The translations under genes were made by a program, and so were the position numbers. DNA of 63,869 nt from a virus (lineage: Duplodnaviria; Caudoviricetes): the IMG/VR virus record IMGVR_UViG_3300027816_000108, positions 1 through 63,869 of that record. One strand, given 5' to 3'. The notes under the pieces were generated by a model. The model was not told where the DNA came from. It searched no databases and saw nothing but the letters and a program-made list of their open reading frames with translations. Below are positions 51,397-59,751 of the stretch, one piece after another. Numbering within the stretch: position 1 is the stretch's first letter; every line of letters starts with the position of its first letter.

Positions 51397-51837
51397 ATGC
51401 GTGAGATAAAGTTTATAGTTTTACATTGCACCGCAGGCCCACAAGCACAAACAACCAAGAGCATACTTGACTATTGGAAGAACAAGCTAAAGTGGAAATC
51501 GGTAGGCTATCATTTCCTGATTAGTGGCAATGGCAGCTATGAGCAGTTATCCCCTATTGATAAACCTACCAATGGGGTTGCAGGATTTAACGCCAACTCA
51601 ATTCATGTGTGTTATAAAGGGGGGTGGAACGGTAAAGACACCCGCACCCCTGAGCAGAAGCAATCTATGATTGACATTGTAAGAAACTTGAAGAAGCAGT
51701 TTCCCAACGCAAGAGTGGTAGGGCATAGGGATTTTAGCCCCGACCTTGATGGGGATGGGGTGATTGAGCCGCACGAATTTTTAAAACTTTGTCCCTGCTT
51801 TGATGCAGCGCAGTTCGCAAAAGAAAACAACCTATGA
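51397..51837 (+). CDS. Endolysin, N-acetylmuramoyl-L-alanine amidase (T7 lysozyme-like)
   Basis: LHCTA, VGYH, GHRD, K.CPCFD. Confidence 0.9.
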   Translation: MREIKFIVLHCTAGPQAQTTKSILDYWKNKLKWKSVGYHFLISGNGSYEQLSPIDKPTNGVAGFNANSIHVCYKGGWNGKDTRTPEQKQSMIDIVRNLKKQFPNARVVGHRDFSPDLDGDGVIEPHEFLKLCPCFDAAQFAKENNL

Positions 51838-52379
51838 GAAGCACATCAGATTGGAATATCATACTTACTTGTTTGTTATGTATAGCTATTCTAATCATAA
51901 GTGACCTCAGTTGCAAAAAGCCCAAGATAAAGAACATCATTGATACAGACACCGTAACGGTATCAGTGGTTCAGCGGGACACCATTTACCGAACCAAGTT
52001 AAAGCCCGTTTACAGAACGGTTGTAATACCCGACACAATCATTGACACAGCCTATGTGGTGGTAGATTACAACACCATTAACACGTACATAGATACAATA
52101 GCCGATAGTAATTACAATGTGATTATATTCGACACTATTTGGAAGAACGCTATATATTCCCGTAAGGCATACGTAAGTATTACCCACACCAAGACAACCA
52201 TAACCAACACCGTATTGCCCCGCAACCATGTATATGTGGGATTGCAGTTTACCGCACCCAACCCAAGCATAGGGGGTGTGGTGTATTACAATCGGGATAA
52301 AGATATGTACGGATTGGGGTATAACCCGTTCAACAGAAGTATTACAATCGGGTACAGCCGTAAATTATTTTCACGTTAA
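51834..52379 (+). CDS. Putative spanin
   Basis: N-terminal TM/lipobox-like LSC, DTV/DTI repeats, beta-rich C-terminus. Confidence 0.5.
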   Translation: MRSTSDWNIILTCLLCIAILIISDLSCKKPKIKNIIDTDTVTVSVVQRDTIYRTKLKPVYRTVVIPDTIIDTAYVVVDYNTINTYIDTIADSNYNVIIFDTIWKNAIYSRKAYVSITHTKTTITNTVLPRNHVYVGLQFTAPNPSIGGVVYYNRDKDMYGLGYNPFNRSITIGYSRKLFSR

Positions 52380-52428
52380 GTGTATGTAATACGTACAAAA
52401 AATCGTATAAAAATGGTATATTTGAATT

Positions 52429-52716
52429 ATGCCAAAGACAACTACACCCCGCAAGAGAAAGCCCCGCAGCACAGGTAGTGTTGAGGTGGTATCACTTACA
52501 CATCAGGATATGTTAAATTGGGTGTCCACATTAAACGATTTGGCAATCAGCAATATCATAGACGAAGATAAAACAACCCCTTTAAGCAATGAACCCGTGA
52601 TGAAGAATTTGTTTGAAGAGCATGAGTTGCTTGTAATAAAGGGCAAGATATTTACACTATTGGAATGGATAAAGGTATCAAATGGGACTGACACTGACAC
52701 TACGCAAGAAACGTAA
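52429..52716 (+). CDS. Hypothetical protein
   Basis: ATG 4 nt after TATATTTG. Confidence 0.65.
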   Translation: MPKTTTPRKRKPRSTGSVEVVSLTHQDMLNWVSTLNDLAISNIIDEDKTTPLSNEPVMKNLFEEHELLVIKGKIFTLLEWIKVSNGTDTDTTQET

Positions 52717-53062
52717 AGTAAACGGGGGAAGATACAGCAAGGCTGAACCCTCGAAGAGAACATATAATGGGGTTGTATATCAATCAATATGGGAAATGGA
52801 ATACGCCAAGAAGTTAGACTACCTGCTCAAAGCGGGTGAGATAAAGTCATGGAACAGGCAAGTGCCATTCCCGATTATAGTCAACGACCAAAAGGTTACA
52901 ACGTACATCTGCGACTTTGAAGTAATCAACCATGACGGAAGTAAAAGGTATATTGACCCCAAGTCATCACCCAAGATAGTTGACGAAGTGTTTAAGCTAA
53001 AGGCTAAATTGGTAAAGGCTATTTACGGGGTAGAGATTGAAGTGGTATATCAGAAGCCTTAG
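52682..53062 (+). CDS. DUF1064-like PD-(D/E)xK endonuclease
   Basis: YNGVVYQS..E, RQVPF, YICDF...IDPK. Confidence 0.7.
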   Translation: MGLTLTLRKKRKVNGGRYSKAEPSKRTYNGVVYQSIWEMEYAKKLDYLLKAGEIKSWNRQVPFPIIVNDQKVTTYICDFEVINHDGSKRYIDPKSSPKIVDEVFKLKAKLVKAIYGVEIEVVYQKP

Positions 53063-53465
53063 ATACCTTGTAGTACTCCCGTATTAGTTCCAAACGGATT
53101 GCTTGCACCCTTTCGTATGTTTGCATACTGCTTCTATCCCCGAACTCATACTTGTGATGGCAACCCACACAAAGAAGTAGATGATTACGAATGTCGCTGC
53201 GAAGAGCAGTATTGCTCCCCTTTGAAATAATATGGCTGATATAAGCAGGATTAAACTCAGGCAATCCTTTGCCACATTCTTCGCATGACTTAGTTTTGTG
53301 GCTATCCCATGCACGTTTGTAATACTCTTTGTTTTCATTTCCGTTCTTGTTTGATTTCCTAATTGGTTTATAGGATGCAGCAGCACACGGTTTACACCTG
53401 CCCTTGCTGAATATGTACGTTACATTACCGCACTCTTTGCACGGTTTCTTTTTGGGGGTTATCAT
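53019..53465 (-). CDS. HNH/NinG-like nuclease
   Basis: CEECG...SHIISKG...N..LLC..CH. Confidence 0.7.
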   Translation of the reverse strand: MITPKKKPCKECGNVTYIFSKGRCKPCAAASYKPIRKSNKNGNENKEYYKRAWDSHKTKSCEECGKGLPEFNPAYISHIISKGSNTALRSDIRNHLLLCVGCHHKYEFGDRSSMQTYERVQAIRLELIREYYKVSKASDIPLQSLPRK

Positions 53466-53767
53466 TTGAACCTTTCGCCTTTGCCCGATGTCTTACCCTC
53501 ACGGTAAACCTTTGAACCTTTACTCCAAAGGTCATTTAGTGCCCACCACGCAGCCGTTAGTTTTGATGCGTTGGCTGCACGGGCATGACGTTTACGGTAT
53601 TGTTCACGGGCTTTTGCGCTGTAATTTGAACTATATCCCTTTGCTCCGTATCGAACTATCTTTTCCTTGCCATTGGCACACGCCTTAACCACACGCTTGT
53701 GTATCCCGTCATTTGCTTCACGGGGTGTATTACACTTCATGGAATCTTTGTCAATACGCTTAGTCAT
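53462..53767 (-). CDS. Conserved small basic phage protein
   Basis: KIVRYGAKG...YRKRH...AAWWA; leaderless promoter. Confidence 0.7.
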   Translation of the reverse strand: MTKRIDKDSMKCNTPREANDGIHKRVVKACANGKEKIVRYGAKGYSSNYSAKAREQYRKRHARAANASKLTAAWWALNDLWSKGSKVYREGKTSGKGERFK

Positions 53768-53798
53768 ACCACAAATATAACCATTTGTAAAATAACAA

Positions 53799-54467
53799 TC
53801 AACGTATTATTTGGAATAGCAAATCCTCAGTTACCTGACTTGGGGGACAATGCAAATCCCCCTGCAATGTTATGAGTTTAGCCCCGTTACCTACCATTAC
53901 TTCGCTTTGTTTGTAGTGAACAATAGTGTCGTCTTTATAATGAATCAATGTTACGGGGCAATCGAACTTATGGTCTGATACATTCACATCCCCATAGGTA
54001 CGGGCAACACCCAATAGTTTACTACACAGCCAATCGTTTGTATTGGATATAGTGGCAACACATATCACCCCCTCTACCCTGTTCTTGCTTGCGTAGTTCA
54101 ATACAATATTAGTACCTGCACTTTGCCCGACTAACCACACCCTTTTAATACCCATTGATTTCAGGGCAGCAATAGCGTTGGTTATATCCTCAAGCATACT
54201 ATCAGATGTTGCGGGTAAAAACCTATAATTCATAGCCGCATAGGAATATCCCCTTGATTTGATTAGGGGTTTGATATACTCCCAATCAGACATATCACCC
54301 GATACCCACGCACCACCATGTACAAATAGGCAACAGGTTTCACCCGTTAATTGATACGTCATAACCTGACGTTCATGTTGCCCGTATCTCAATACGGATT
54401 GGGTTTCTTTTTCTTTGGCGCACCCAATAAGGAACGGCATAATTAAAAATAATATTCTTTGTAACAT
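53799..54467 (-). CDS. Alpha/beta hydrolase (esterase) lipoprotein
   Basis: Lipobox LIGC, HGGAW oxyanion motif, GQSAG nucleophile elbow, Asp/His candidates (DDTIV, DLHC). Confidence 0.8.
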   Translation of the reverse strand: MLQRILFLIMPFLIGCAKEKETQSVLRYGQHERQVMTYQLTGETCCLFVHGGAWVSGDMSDWEYIKPLIKSRGYSYAAMNYRFLPATSDSMLEDITNAIAALKSMGIKRVWLVGQSAGTNIVLNYASKNRVEGVICVATISNTNDWLCSKLLGVARTYGDVNVSDHKFDCPVTLIHYKDDTIVHYKQSEVMVGNGAKLITLQGDLHCPPSQVTEDLLFQIIR

Positions 54468-54488
54468 AGTTTTAATTAATATTTTGGT

Positions 54489-54552
54489 TGTATGGATTTT
54501 GGCTACTGATAATCAACTAATTACAATTCAAGGTGCAAGAAGCAGGTAGTTA
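54489..54552 (+). mobile_element. attI-like site B (ends in core GTTA)
   Basis: 54/64 identical to 8346-8409; AATCAACTAATTA IHF-like motif; heads the 5-cassette array. Confidence 0.65.
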
Positions 54553-54560
54553 TGTGCCAT

Positions 54561-55115
54561 TTAAAGAACGACACTGCTCTCAACTTCATTTCCCCAAACA
54601 TCCCAACCATTTCTCGGATAACGGCAGAAAAGTTCAACTCTTGGTAAATCACCAAACAACAGTTCAATTCGCTCAATCGCTTCAATAGGTTTCTTACTAT
54701 GTTTTGTTCTTTCTGCTTCTATTAGTTGAAAAATGTTGTTTGCTTTTTTGTGTTGCAACATATTACCTTTTGCACCTAAAATACACACCTCACAGTTTTT
54801 CATTGTCCACGCCCCAACATTTGCACAAGTATTGCCTTTATTGGTTATTTTCTTCCAAATAAAAACTATTGTTCGGTATGTAAAGCCCCACGCTTCTATT
54901 AATTCAATCCCTTCTTTTAGGTGGCTATCTGTTACCCATAAAAATAAAGCACAATCTTTGTCTGCAATATCTTTTACTGGTAATTGTTGCAACTCTTTTT
55001 TTGTCATCGTTGGGTATTGCTCATCTATAAGTCGGTCTTTTCTGCCGTTATCCTGATAAACCCCTTTGTTAAATCCCCAAGCTGGGTCTGCATAAATTAT
55101 TTGATATTTCTTCAT
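54561..55115 (-). CDS. MT-A70-family adenine methyltransferase (cassette 1)
   Basis: IIYADPAW, LFLWVT, WGF.Y.T..F.W.K, HSKKP, ELF.R...GWDVWGNE. Confidence 0.9.
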   Translation of the reverse strand: MKKYQIIYADPAWGFNKGVYQDNGRKDRLIDEQYPTMTKKELQQLPVKDIADKDCALFLWVTDSHLKEGIELIEAWGFTYRTIVFIWKKITNKGNTCANVGAWTMKNCEVCILGAKGNMLQHKKANNIFQLIEAERTKHSKKPIEAIERIELLFGDLPRVELFCRYPRNGWDVWGNEVESSVVL

Positions 55116-55145
55116 ATTTATAAATTAAATTCGTGAATAAAAAAC

Positions 55146-55245
55146 GGCACATAACACGGTATATAAGCAAGTTTGCCATCAAGTTTATCGGTAATTTGAA
55201 ACATTCTGCAAGGCAAACCTGCTCATATACCCACCGTTAGCACCC
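55146..55245 (+). repeat. attC site 1
   Basis: GGCACATAAC...GTATATAAGCAAGTTTGCC/GGCAAACCTGCTCATATAC...GTTAGCACCC. Confidence 0.85.
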
Positions 55246-55473
55246 ATTGTAGAAATAATCCACATTGAAGCTAATAGTTAATATTCTACCATCATATCTA
55301 AATTGGTGGTTAATGTACTTTTCCCCTTTTACAATCGTTTTACCAGTTCCGTAGCATTGTCGCTTTCTGTTACTTGTTCTCTCAGTCGTAGAGCGTACAT
55401 TATCAAAAACAACGGGTGCTAACAGCGTATATAAAACATTACTGGGTTGTAGTTTTTTGTTACTGTGTGCCAT
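55237..55473 (-). CDS. Cassette 2 hypothetical protein
   Basis: Starts in the attC2 loop; its stop is the TTA of the core site. Confidence 0.65.
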   Translation of the reverse strand: MAHSNKKLQPSNVLYTLLAPVVFDNVRSTTERTSNRKRQCYGTGKTIVKGEKYINHQFRYDGRILTISFNVDYFYNGC

Positions 55474-55550
55474 TTTATAAGTTTTTTATTGTTGTCAATA
55501 TTTTTGTGCTTTTCATACGCAACGTTTCATATACGAAAAACGTTACCTGC
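55414..55550 (+). repeat. attC site 2
   Basis: GGGTGCTAAC...CGTATATAAAACATTAC/GCAACGTTTCATATACG...GTTACCTGC. Confidence 0.85.
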
Positions 55551-55555
55551 AAGTG

Positions 55556-56395
55556 CTACATTTCGTTTCCAAATAGAGTTTCTGCCTGTAAATCTTTTTC
55601 TTTTCTTTTTTCTTCCCTCGCTTTTTTAATACGTTCTTCAATAATATTACAGTATTCATTTGATAATTCACTTCCAATAAAATTTCTATTACTTAAAATA
55701 CTCATTTTTGCAGTAGTTCCACTTCCCATAAAGCAATCATAAACTAAATCATTTTCATTGCTCCAAGTTATAATGTGGTCTAAACATAATTGTTCTGGGA
55801 ACATTGCAGGATGTTCAAAAGCAAAAGTATCTGATGTTGTATTTCCTTTCCCTGTTGCATATTCCCAAATATTATATCTATACCCAAGTTCTTCAACTAA
55901 TCTTTGTTTTCTATCTCCAAGTACGCCATCCTTTTCTCTTACGGTTGTTTTGCCAAACGTATAAGTTCCTCCGTATTTATTTTTTCTATCTTTTATTAAG
56001 TTAGTTGTTTTCGGTTTGCCTTTGCTTAATACAAACATAAATTCAATAGCATCTCTATATCTTCCTTTATGTGGCAATCCTCCGCTTGTTTTAGAATAAA
56101 TCATTGTGTCATAGACATTAAATCCGATACTTTGAAAATATAAACATTGTTTAAATGATGTAAGGCTTTTATTTCCATTCACAGTAGCATCTTTTACAAC
56201 CCAAATAACAACTCCACCTTGTTTGGTTATTCTATATAATTCTTTTGCAATATCCTCAAATGGAAATGAATACCCCTTGTAATCTCTTAAATTATCGTAA
56301 GGTGGAGATGTTACTGTTAAATCCACAAAACAATCGGGCATTTTTGCCATTGTTTCTAAATTGCTTTCATTATAATTCTTGTTTATCTCAATCAT
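55556..56395 (-). CDS. N4-cytosine/N6-adenine DNA methyltransferase, beta class (cassette 3)
   Basis: TSPPY, HPAMFP, DCFMGSGTT. Confidence 0.9.
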   Translation of the reverse strand: MIEINKNYNESNLETMAKMPDCFVDLTVTSPPYDNLRDYKGYSFPFEDIAKELYRITKQGGVVIWVVKDATVNGNKSLTSFKQCLYFQSIGFNVYDTMIYSKTSGGLPHKGRYRDAIEFMFVLSKGKPKTTNLIKDRKNKYGGTYTFGKTTVREKDGVLGDRKQRLVEELGYRYNIWEYATGKGNTTSDTFAFEHPAMFPEQLCLDHIITWSNENDLVYDCFMGSGTTAKMSILSNRNFIGSELSNEYCNIIEERIKKAREEKRKEKDLQAETLFGNEM

Positions 56396-56493
56396 TTTTT
56401 TAAATTTTTCAAATTAATATTTACCATCGCACAAAAAAGAAAAGAAAAAGCGTTTGCGTTCCAATTCAAATTATGTGGTAATAATCCGCACCA

Positions 56494-56590
56494 GCAGGTA
56501 ACAGCGTATATAAGAAATGGCACATAAACATTTGTGCTAACTTTCAACATTCTACAAGTGCCACTTCTTATATACGCAAAACGTTAGGTT
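56494..56590 (+). repeat. attC site 3
   Basis: GCAGGTAAC...GCGTATATAAGAAATGGCAC/GTGCCACTTCTTATATACGC...GTTAGGTT. Confidence 0.85.
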
Positions 56591-56611
56591 CAATTAAATT
56601 ATTGTTTTGAG

Positions 56612-56971
56612 TTATTTAATAAATTTACATCTAACCCAATAAAGTGTCATATTAGGTTCGTGCTGTGTATGTAGTGAATAAAAAAAACATTTAGTTGCCC
56701 CTTTCTTTTCATATTCTTCAATATCATCTTGGAATTGTTTTAAATCCTTATACATCTTACTTTCCACATATAACTCGCTACCATTATATTCAAATTTAGG
56801 TGTAGTTACTTGAATTATTTCTAATTTAGGTTTTAATGTAACCTCGGATTGACAAAACCATTCCCCATTTATTAAATAGATGTTTTGGTCTGTATCCCAC
56901 TCTATTTTTTTAATTAAACCTTCAAATAATCTATCGCCAGATTTTACAATAACTAAATCTTTTTCTTTCAT
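56612..56971 (-). CDS. Cassette 4 hypothetical protein
   Basis: ORF fills the cassette. Confidence 0.7.
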   Translation of the reverse strand: MKEKDLVIVKSGDRLFEGLIKKIEWDTDQNIYLINGEWFCQSEVTLKPKLEIIQVTTPKFEYNGSELYVESKMYKDLKQFQDDIEEYEKKGATKCFFYSLHTQHEPNMTLYWVRCKFIK

Positions 56972-57005
56972 AATTTTTTTATATGGTAAAACAATAATTT
57001 AACAA

Positions 57006-57063
57006 AACCTAACAAATGATAAACAACATTAAAACGATTGTTTATCATCAACCGTTAGCGGCA
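57006..57063 (+). repeat. attC site 4 (short)
   Basis: AACCTAAC...ATGATAAACAA/TTGTTTATCAT...GTTAGCGGCA. Confidence 0.8.
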
Positions 57064-57064
57064 A

Positions 57065-57271
57065 TTACTTCTGCACCATAGTATAAGGTCGATATTCGCC
57101 ATTCACATTCAATCTATCTAACAATCTTTTCACTCTTTCATAAGTTCTCGGTGTTACAGCCCAATCATCAGGCATCTCAATACCGTCCTTATCAAGTATC
57201 TTCCATGTAACTGCCGCTAACACATTATTTGCGTCAGTGTGGGCGATGTGCTTTTTAGAATCTGTGTGCAT
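57065..57271 (-). CDS. Cassette 5 hypothetical protein
   Basis: Starts in the attC5 loop. Confidence 0.65.
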   Translation of the reverse strand: MHTDSKKHIAHTDANNVLAAVTWKILDKDGIEMPDDWAVTPRTYERVKRLLDRLNVNGEYRPYTMVQK

Positions 57272-57350
57272 ATTTTGAACTTTAGTTTGTTAAACAATCT
57301 TTGGTGGTGTAATGCCCCACCGAACGCAAATAATCGGAACGTTATGGCGA
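57212..57350 (+). repeat. attC site 5
   Basis: TGCCGCTAAC...ATTATTTGCGT/ACGCAAATAAT...GTTATGGCG. Confidence 0.8.
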
Positions 57351-57375
57351 AATTCGCTTCGCTTTACGGTAGTAA

Positions 57376-57615
57376 TTACAGCACATAATACATTATTGTA
57401 TTGTTATCGGGGTCACAGAACATATCAATATACACCGCCCCAACCCACTTTCTAATCCGAAAAGCATTGCCTTCGGGATATATTGTGAATGGCTGTGTGC
57501 TTCGGCATATTGTATATTTACCCCCATATTGTTCGGATAATCTTTGTTCGATTCGGTTAAGACCTGCTTCATGTTGGTCAAACGATGTCTTGTGTATAAT
57601 CTTCTTGTTGCTCAT
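57376..57615 (-). CDS. Hypothetical protein
   Basis: Minus-strand operon. Confidence 0.6.
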   Translation of the reverse strand: MSNKKIIHKTSFDQHEAGLNRIEQRLSEQYGGKYTICRSTQPFTIYPEGNAFRIRKWVGAVYIDMFCDPDNNTIMYYVL

Positions 57616-57913
57616 TTGGGTCAGGGATTTGTGTGTTTAAAATGGTGGCCGCAAATTCTTGTATTAGTATTTTGTAGGTATCCCAATGGTGTACGTTCAT
57701 CTTACGTGTGCTTAGTGAATCACCAACCATGAAGTATTCTGATGAAACATTGTAGATGTCTGCTACCATTGGGATAAACCTGTTTTTAAGGTACAAATGT
57801 ACTTGTTTTTCTGTTAATTTATGACCTAATTTTTCAAATGATGATTGAATTATAGGGATGACCGTTCCCCAATAATAGGCGTTTTGTTGGGATGTTCTAC
57901 GTCTAACTTCCAT
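57578..57913 (-). CDS. NinB-like protein
   Basis: RRTSQQNAYYWG...STRKM...IPDP. Confidence 0.65.
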   Translation of the reverse strand: MEVRRRTSQQNAYYWGTVIPIIQSSFEKLGHKLTEKQVHLYLKNRFIPMVADIYNVSSEYFMVGDSLSTRKMNVHHWDTYKILIQEFAATILNTQIPDPNEQQEDYTQDIV

Positions 57914-58296
57914 ATATGTTCAATCATTTTGAAATACCTAAGTATAAGTTTGTCATTCGCTTCAATCCAATCAAGGATATTATCTCTGCCATTTATTACG
58001 GTTGAGTGGTCACGCCAACCCAAATTGCTGCCTATGCGGGTGAGTGAAATGTTTTCTTTCCATAATATGTACATAATAATTTGTCTTGGATATACTACTT
58101 CACGCTTGCGTATAGGTGAACGCAGAACTTCGGGGTCAACCCCCATTGCAACCGATAGTTCATCAATAAACTGAGCAAGAGGATTAGCCTTCCTAAATTT
58201 CAGCGTCTTACAGAACTTAACGTATTCCTTTTCGGGGTCAAAACCGTAGGTCAATCCCAAATGTTTTATAAATAAATAGCTATTCTCGAACTCCAT
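57850..58296 (-). CDS. DnaA C-terminal HTH-like protein
   Basis: RKREVVYPRQIIMY...SLTRIG..LG.RDHSTVI. Confidence 0.8.
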   Translation of the reverse strand: MEFENSYLFIKHLGLTYGFDPEKEYVKFCKTLKFRKANPLAQFIDELSVAMGVDPEVLRSPIRKREVVYPRQIIMYILWKENISLTRIGSNLGWRDHSTVINGRDNILDWIEANDKLILRYFKMIEHIWKLDVEHPNKTPIIGERSSL

Positions 58297-58781
58297 TACT
58301 TTTCTATTGTTAGTTTAACTTTTGTTGTACTTGATTTAATTGGGGGATTGATTGTATCCACCTCACCCGTGTCTTCGTTTACTAATGTCATTGGCTTGGT
58401 CAACGTTTTAAGGAACTTCTCACGGGCTTTACGGGCATCGGCATTGCGCTGTTCAGCATTGCGGTACATCGTCCACTCCATGTCCTTGCAGTTTTCGTAA
58501 TCGTATTTAGTGCCCACTTCTGCGATAGTAAACTTAACCCCGTGTTGGGTTACTTCTTTGCCGTGCTTTTCTACCTCATCAATCAGGTAAGAGTGTATAG
58601 CTTCTTCGCTTTGTTCGGCTATCTCCCGCAGGTTTCTGAGCATAGCAACCATTTCCATAGCTGTGTATGAACCACCGTCAACGGCTGATTTAATCTGCTC
58701 AACGAATGATTTGCGCTGCTCGGCATTGCACCCCTTAAACAATGCAGCTATTGACGGGGCTGTTAATTCCATTCTTTCCAT
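58296..58781 (-). CDS. Conserved phage protein (recombination module)
   Basis: EVGTKYDY..C.D..W; next to the SSB-like gene. Confidence 0.65.
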   Translation of the reverse strand: MERMELTAPSIAALFKGCNAEQRKSFVEQIKSAVDGGSYTAMEMVAMLRNLREIAEQSEEAIHSYLIDEVEKHGKEVTQHGVKFTIAEVGTKYDYENCKDMEWTMYRNAEQRNADARKAREKFLKTLTKPMTLVNEDTGEVDTINPPIKSSTTKVKLTIEK

Positions 58782-58782
58782 G

Positions 58783-59169
58783 TTAGTCTAATTTAGATGT
58801 TACCCATTCGTGAAACTTAGTTGCAAGCGGAAGCATTTGCTCGGTGCTAATCTTACCTGCTACACACAAATCTTTTGCGTATGACAAGCACATAGTAACC
58901 GCTTCCTTTTTGTGGTCTTTGCTGTACCCACCTTTGCCCCCGCCAAATGCAGGGCGATTAGGTTTGATTGTGTAGTACACCCCCGTGCCGTCTGCTTTTT
59001 GTTTCTCTTCCACGATAGCATCGGTTTCCATGCCTTCGGTGAATGTGGTTTGATTGTCTTCCTTTGTGCGGTAATAACACCGCTTCCCGTCCTCAAGGGT
59101 AATAGTGTAAGTCCACAGCCCGTACTGATTTTTTTCGGGCAACTTCTGAATTGATTTAATTTTTACCAT
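58783..59169 (-). CDS. OB-fold ssDNA-binding-like protein
   Basis: Beta-rich N-terminus, Gly-rich linker, helical C-terminus. Confidence 0.5.
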   Translation of the reverse strand: MVKIKSIQKLPEKNQYGLWTYTITLEDGKRCYYRTKEDNQTTFTEGMETDAIVEEKQKADGTGVYYTIKPNRPAFGGGKGGYSKDHKKEAVTMCLSYAKDLCVAGKISTEQMLPLATKFHEWVTSKLD

Positions 59170-59483
59170 AAAATTGAAAATAAACGTGTGATTAAATTAT
59201 TTTTCTTTACTTTTTTCTTACCGAATATGCTTACATAAATGATAAACTTTTCCATGAACTTAGCTTGCATAGCTTCATCCCGTTTGAAATTGGTTATCCA
59301 ACTATAAAACTCATCAGGCGTTTTGAATATCTTATACCTGTCATACCTACCCCCAAACATTGCGGGGTACTTTTTCAAGGTGCTAACTTTGTCTTGGAAA
59401 TATTCGCACTTACCCCCTTGATATTCTCCCCACATAATCATCAGGGGGTACTTCGATTTGTCGCAATCAACTCTTGTAATCAT
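59163..59483 (-). CDS. Hypothetical protein
   Basis: Minus-strand operon. Confidence 0.6.
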   Translation of the reverse strand: MITRVDCDKSKYPLMIMWGEYQGGKCEYFQDKVSTLKKYPAMFGGRYDRYKIFKTPDEFYSWITNFKRDEAMQAKFMEKFIIYVSIFGKKKVKKNNLITRLFSILW

Positions 59484-59751
59484 GTGCCATGAATGTTAAT
59501 TTGTCCTTAATTGATTTACTTAGTGTAAGGGTTTTTGCCGTAGTAGTCCATAGCACCTCAACCGTTTCCCCTTTGGGGTAGTAGATAGTCCCTGTATTAC
59601 GCAGGTAGGCCGCAATATCATCAGCAACGTGGTGATTCAGCCCCACCAAATCCATTTCAGCTATCATCTTTTCATCTACATACCCGATGAAGTTACCGTT
59701 GAACGTAATACCTATGTTCCCGTCCTCTTGGTGTACCCACAACTTGTTCAT
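59467..59751 (-). CDS. Hypothetical protein
   Basis: Minus-strand operon. Confidence 0.6.
   Translation of the reverse strand: MNKLWVHQEDGNIGITFNGNFIGYVDEKMIAEMDLVGLNHHVADDIAAYLRNTGTIYYPKGETVEVLWTTTAKTLTLSKSIKDKLTFMAHDYKS

Larger units (their letters stand above)
54549..57350 (+). mobile_element. Integron-like array of five gene cassettes without integrase
   Basis: Each unit starts with GTTA-N and ends with the exact reverse-complement box followed by a long hairpin; AT-richer than the flanks. Confidence 0.85.

Noticed and set aside
14060-52787. Numerous antisense or overlapping ORFs in the ORF track within the structural region
   Set aside because: Shadows of long + strand genes without promoters or motifs; only 37265..37453 and 43055..43240 are kept.
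54549-57350. CRISPR array or rho-independent terminators as an explanation of the repeats
   Set aside because: Units are gene-sized, the hairpins differ in sequence and length, there are no U-tails, and core complementarity is cassette-specific.
57341-57375. A sixth cassette beginning at GTTATGGCG
   Set aside because: No matching CGCCATAAC box or hairpin found downstream; treated as the array's right boundary.
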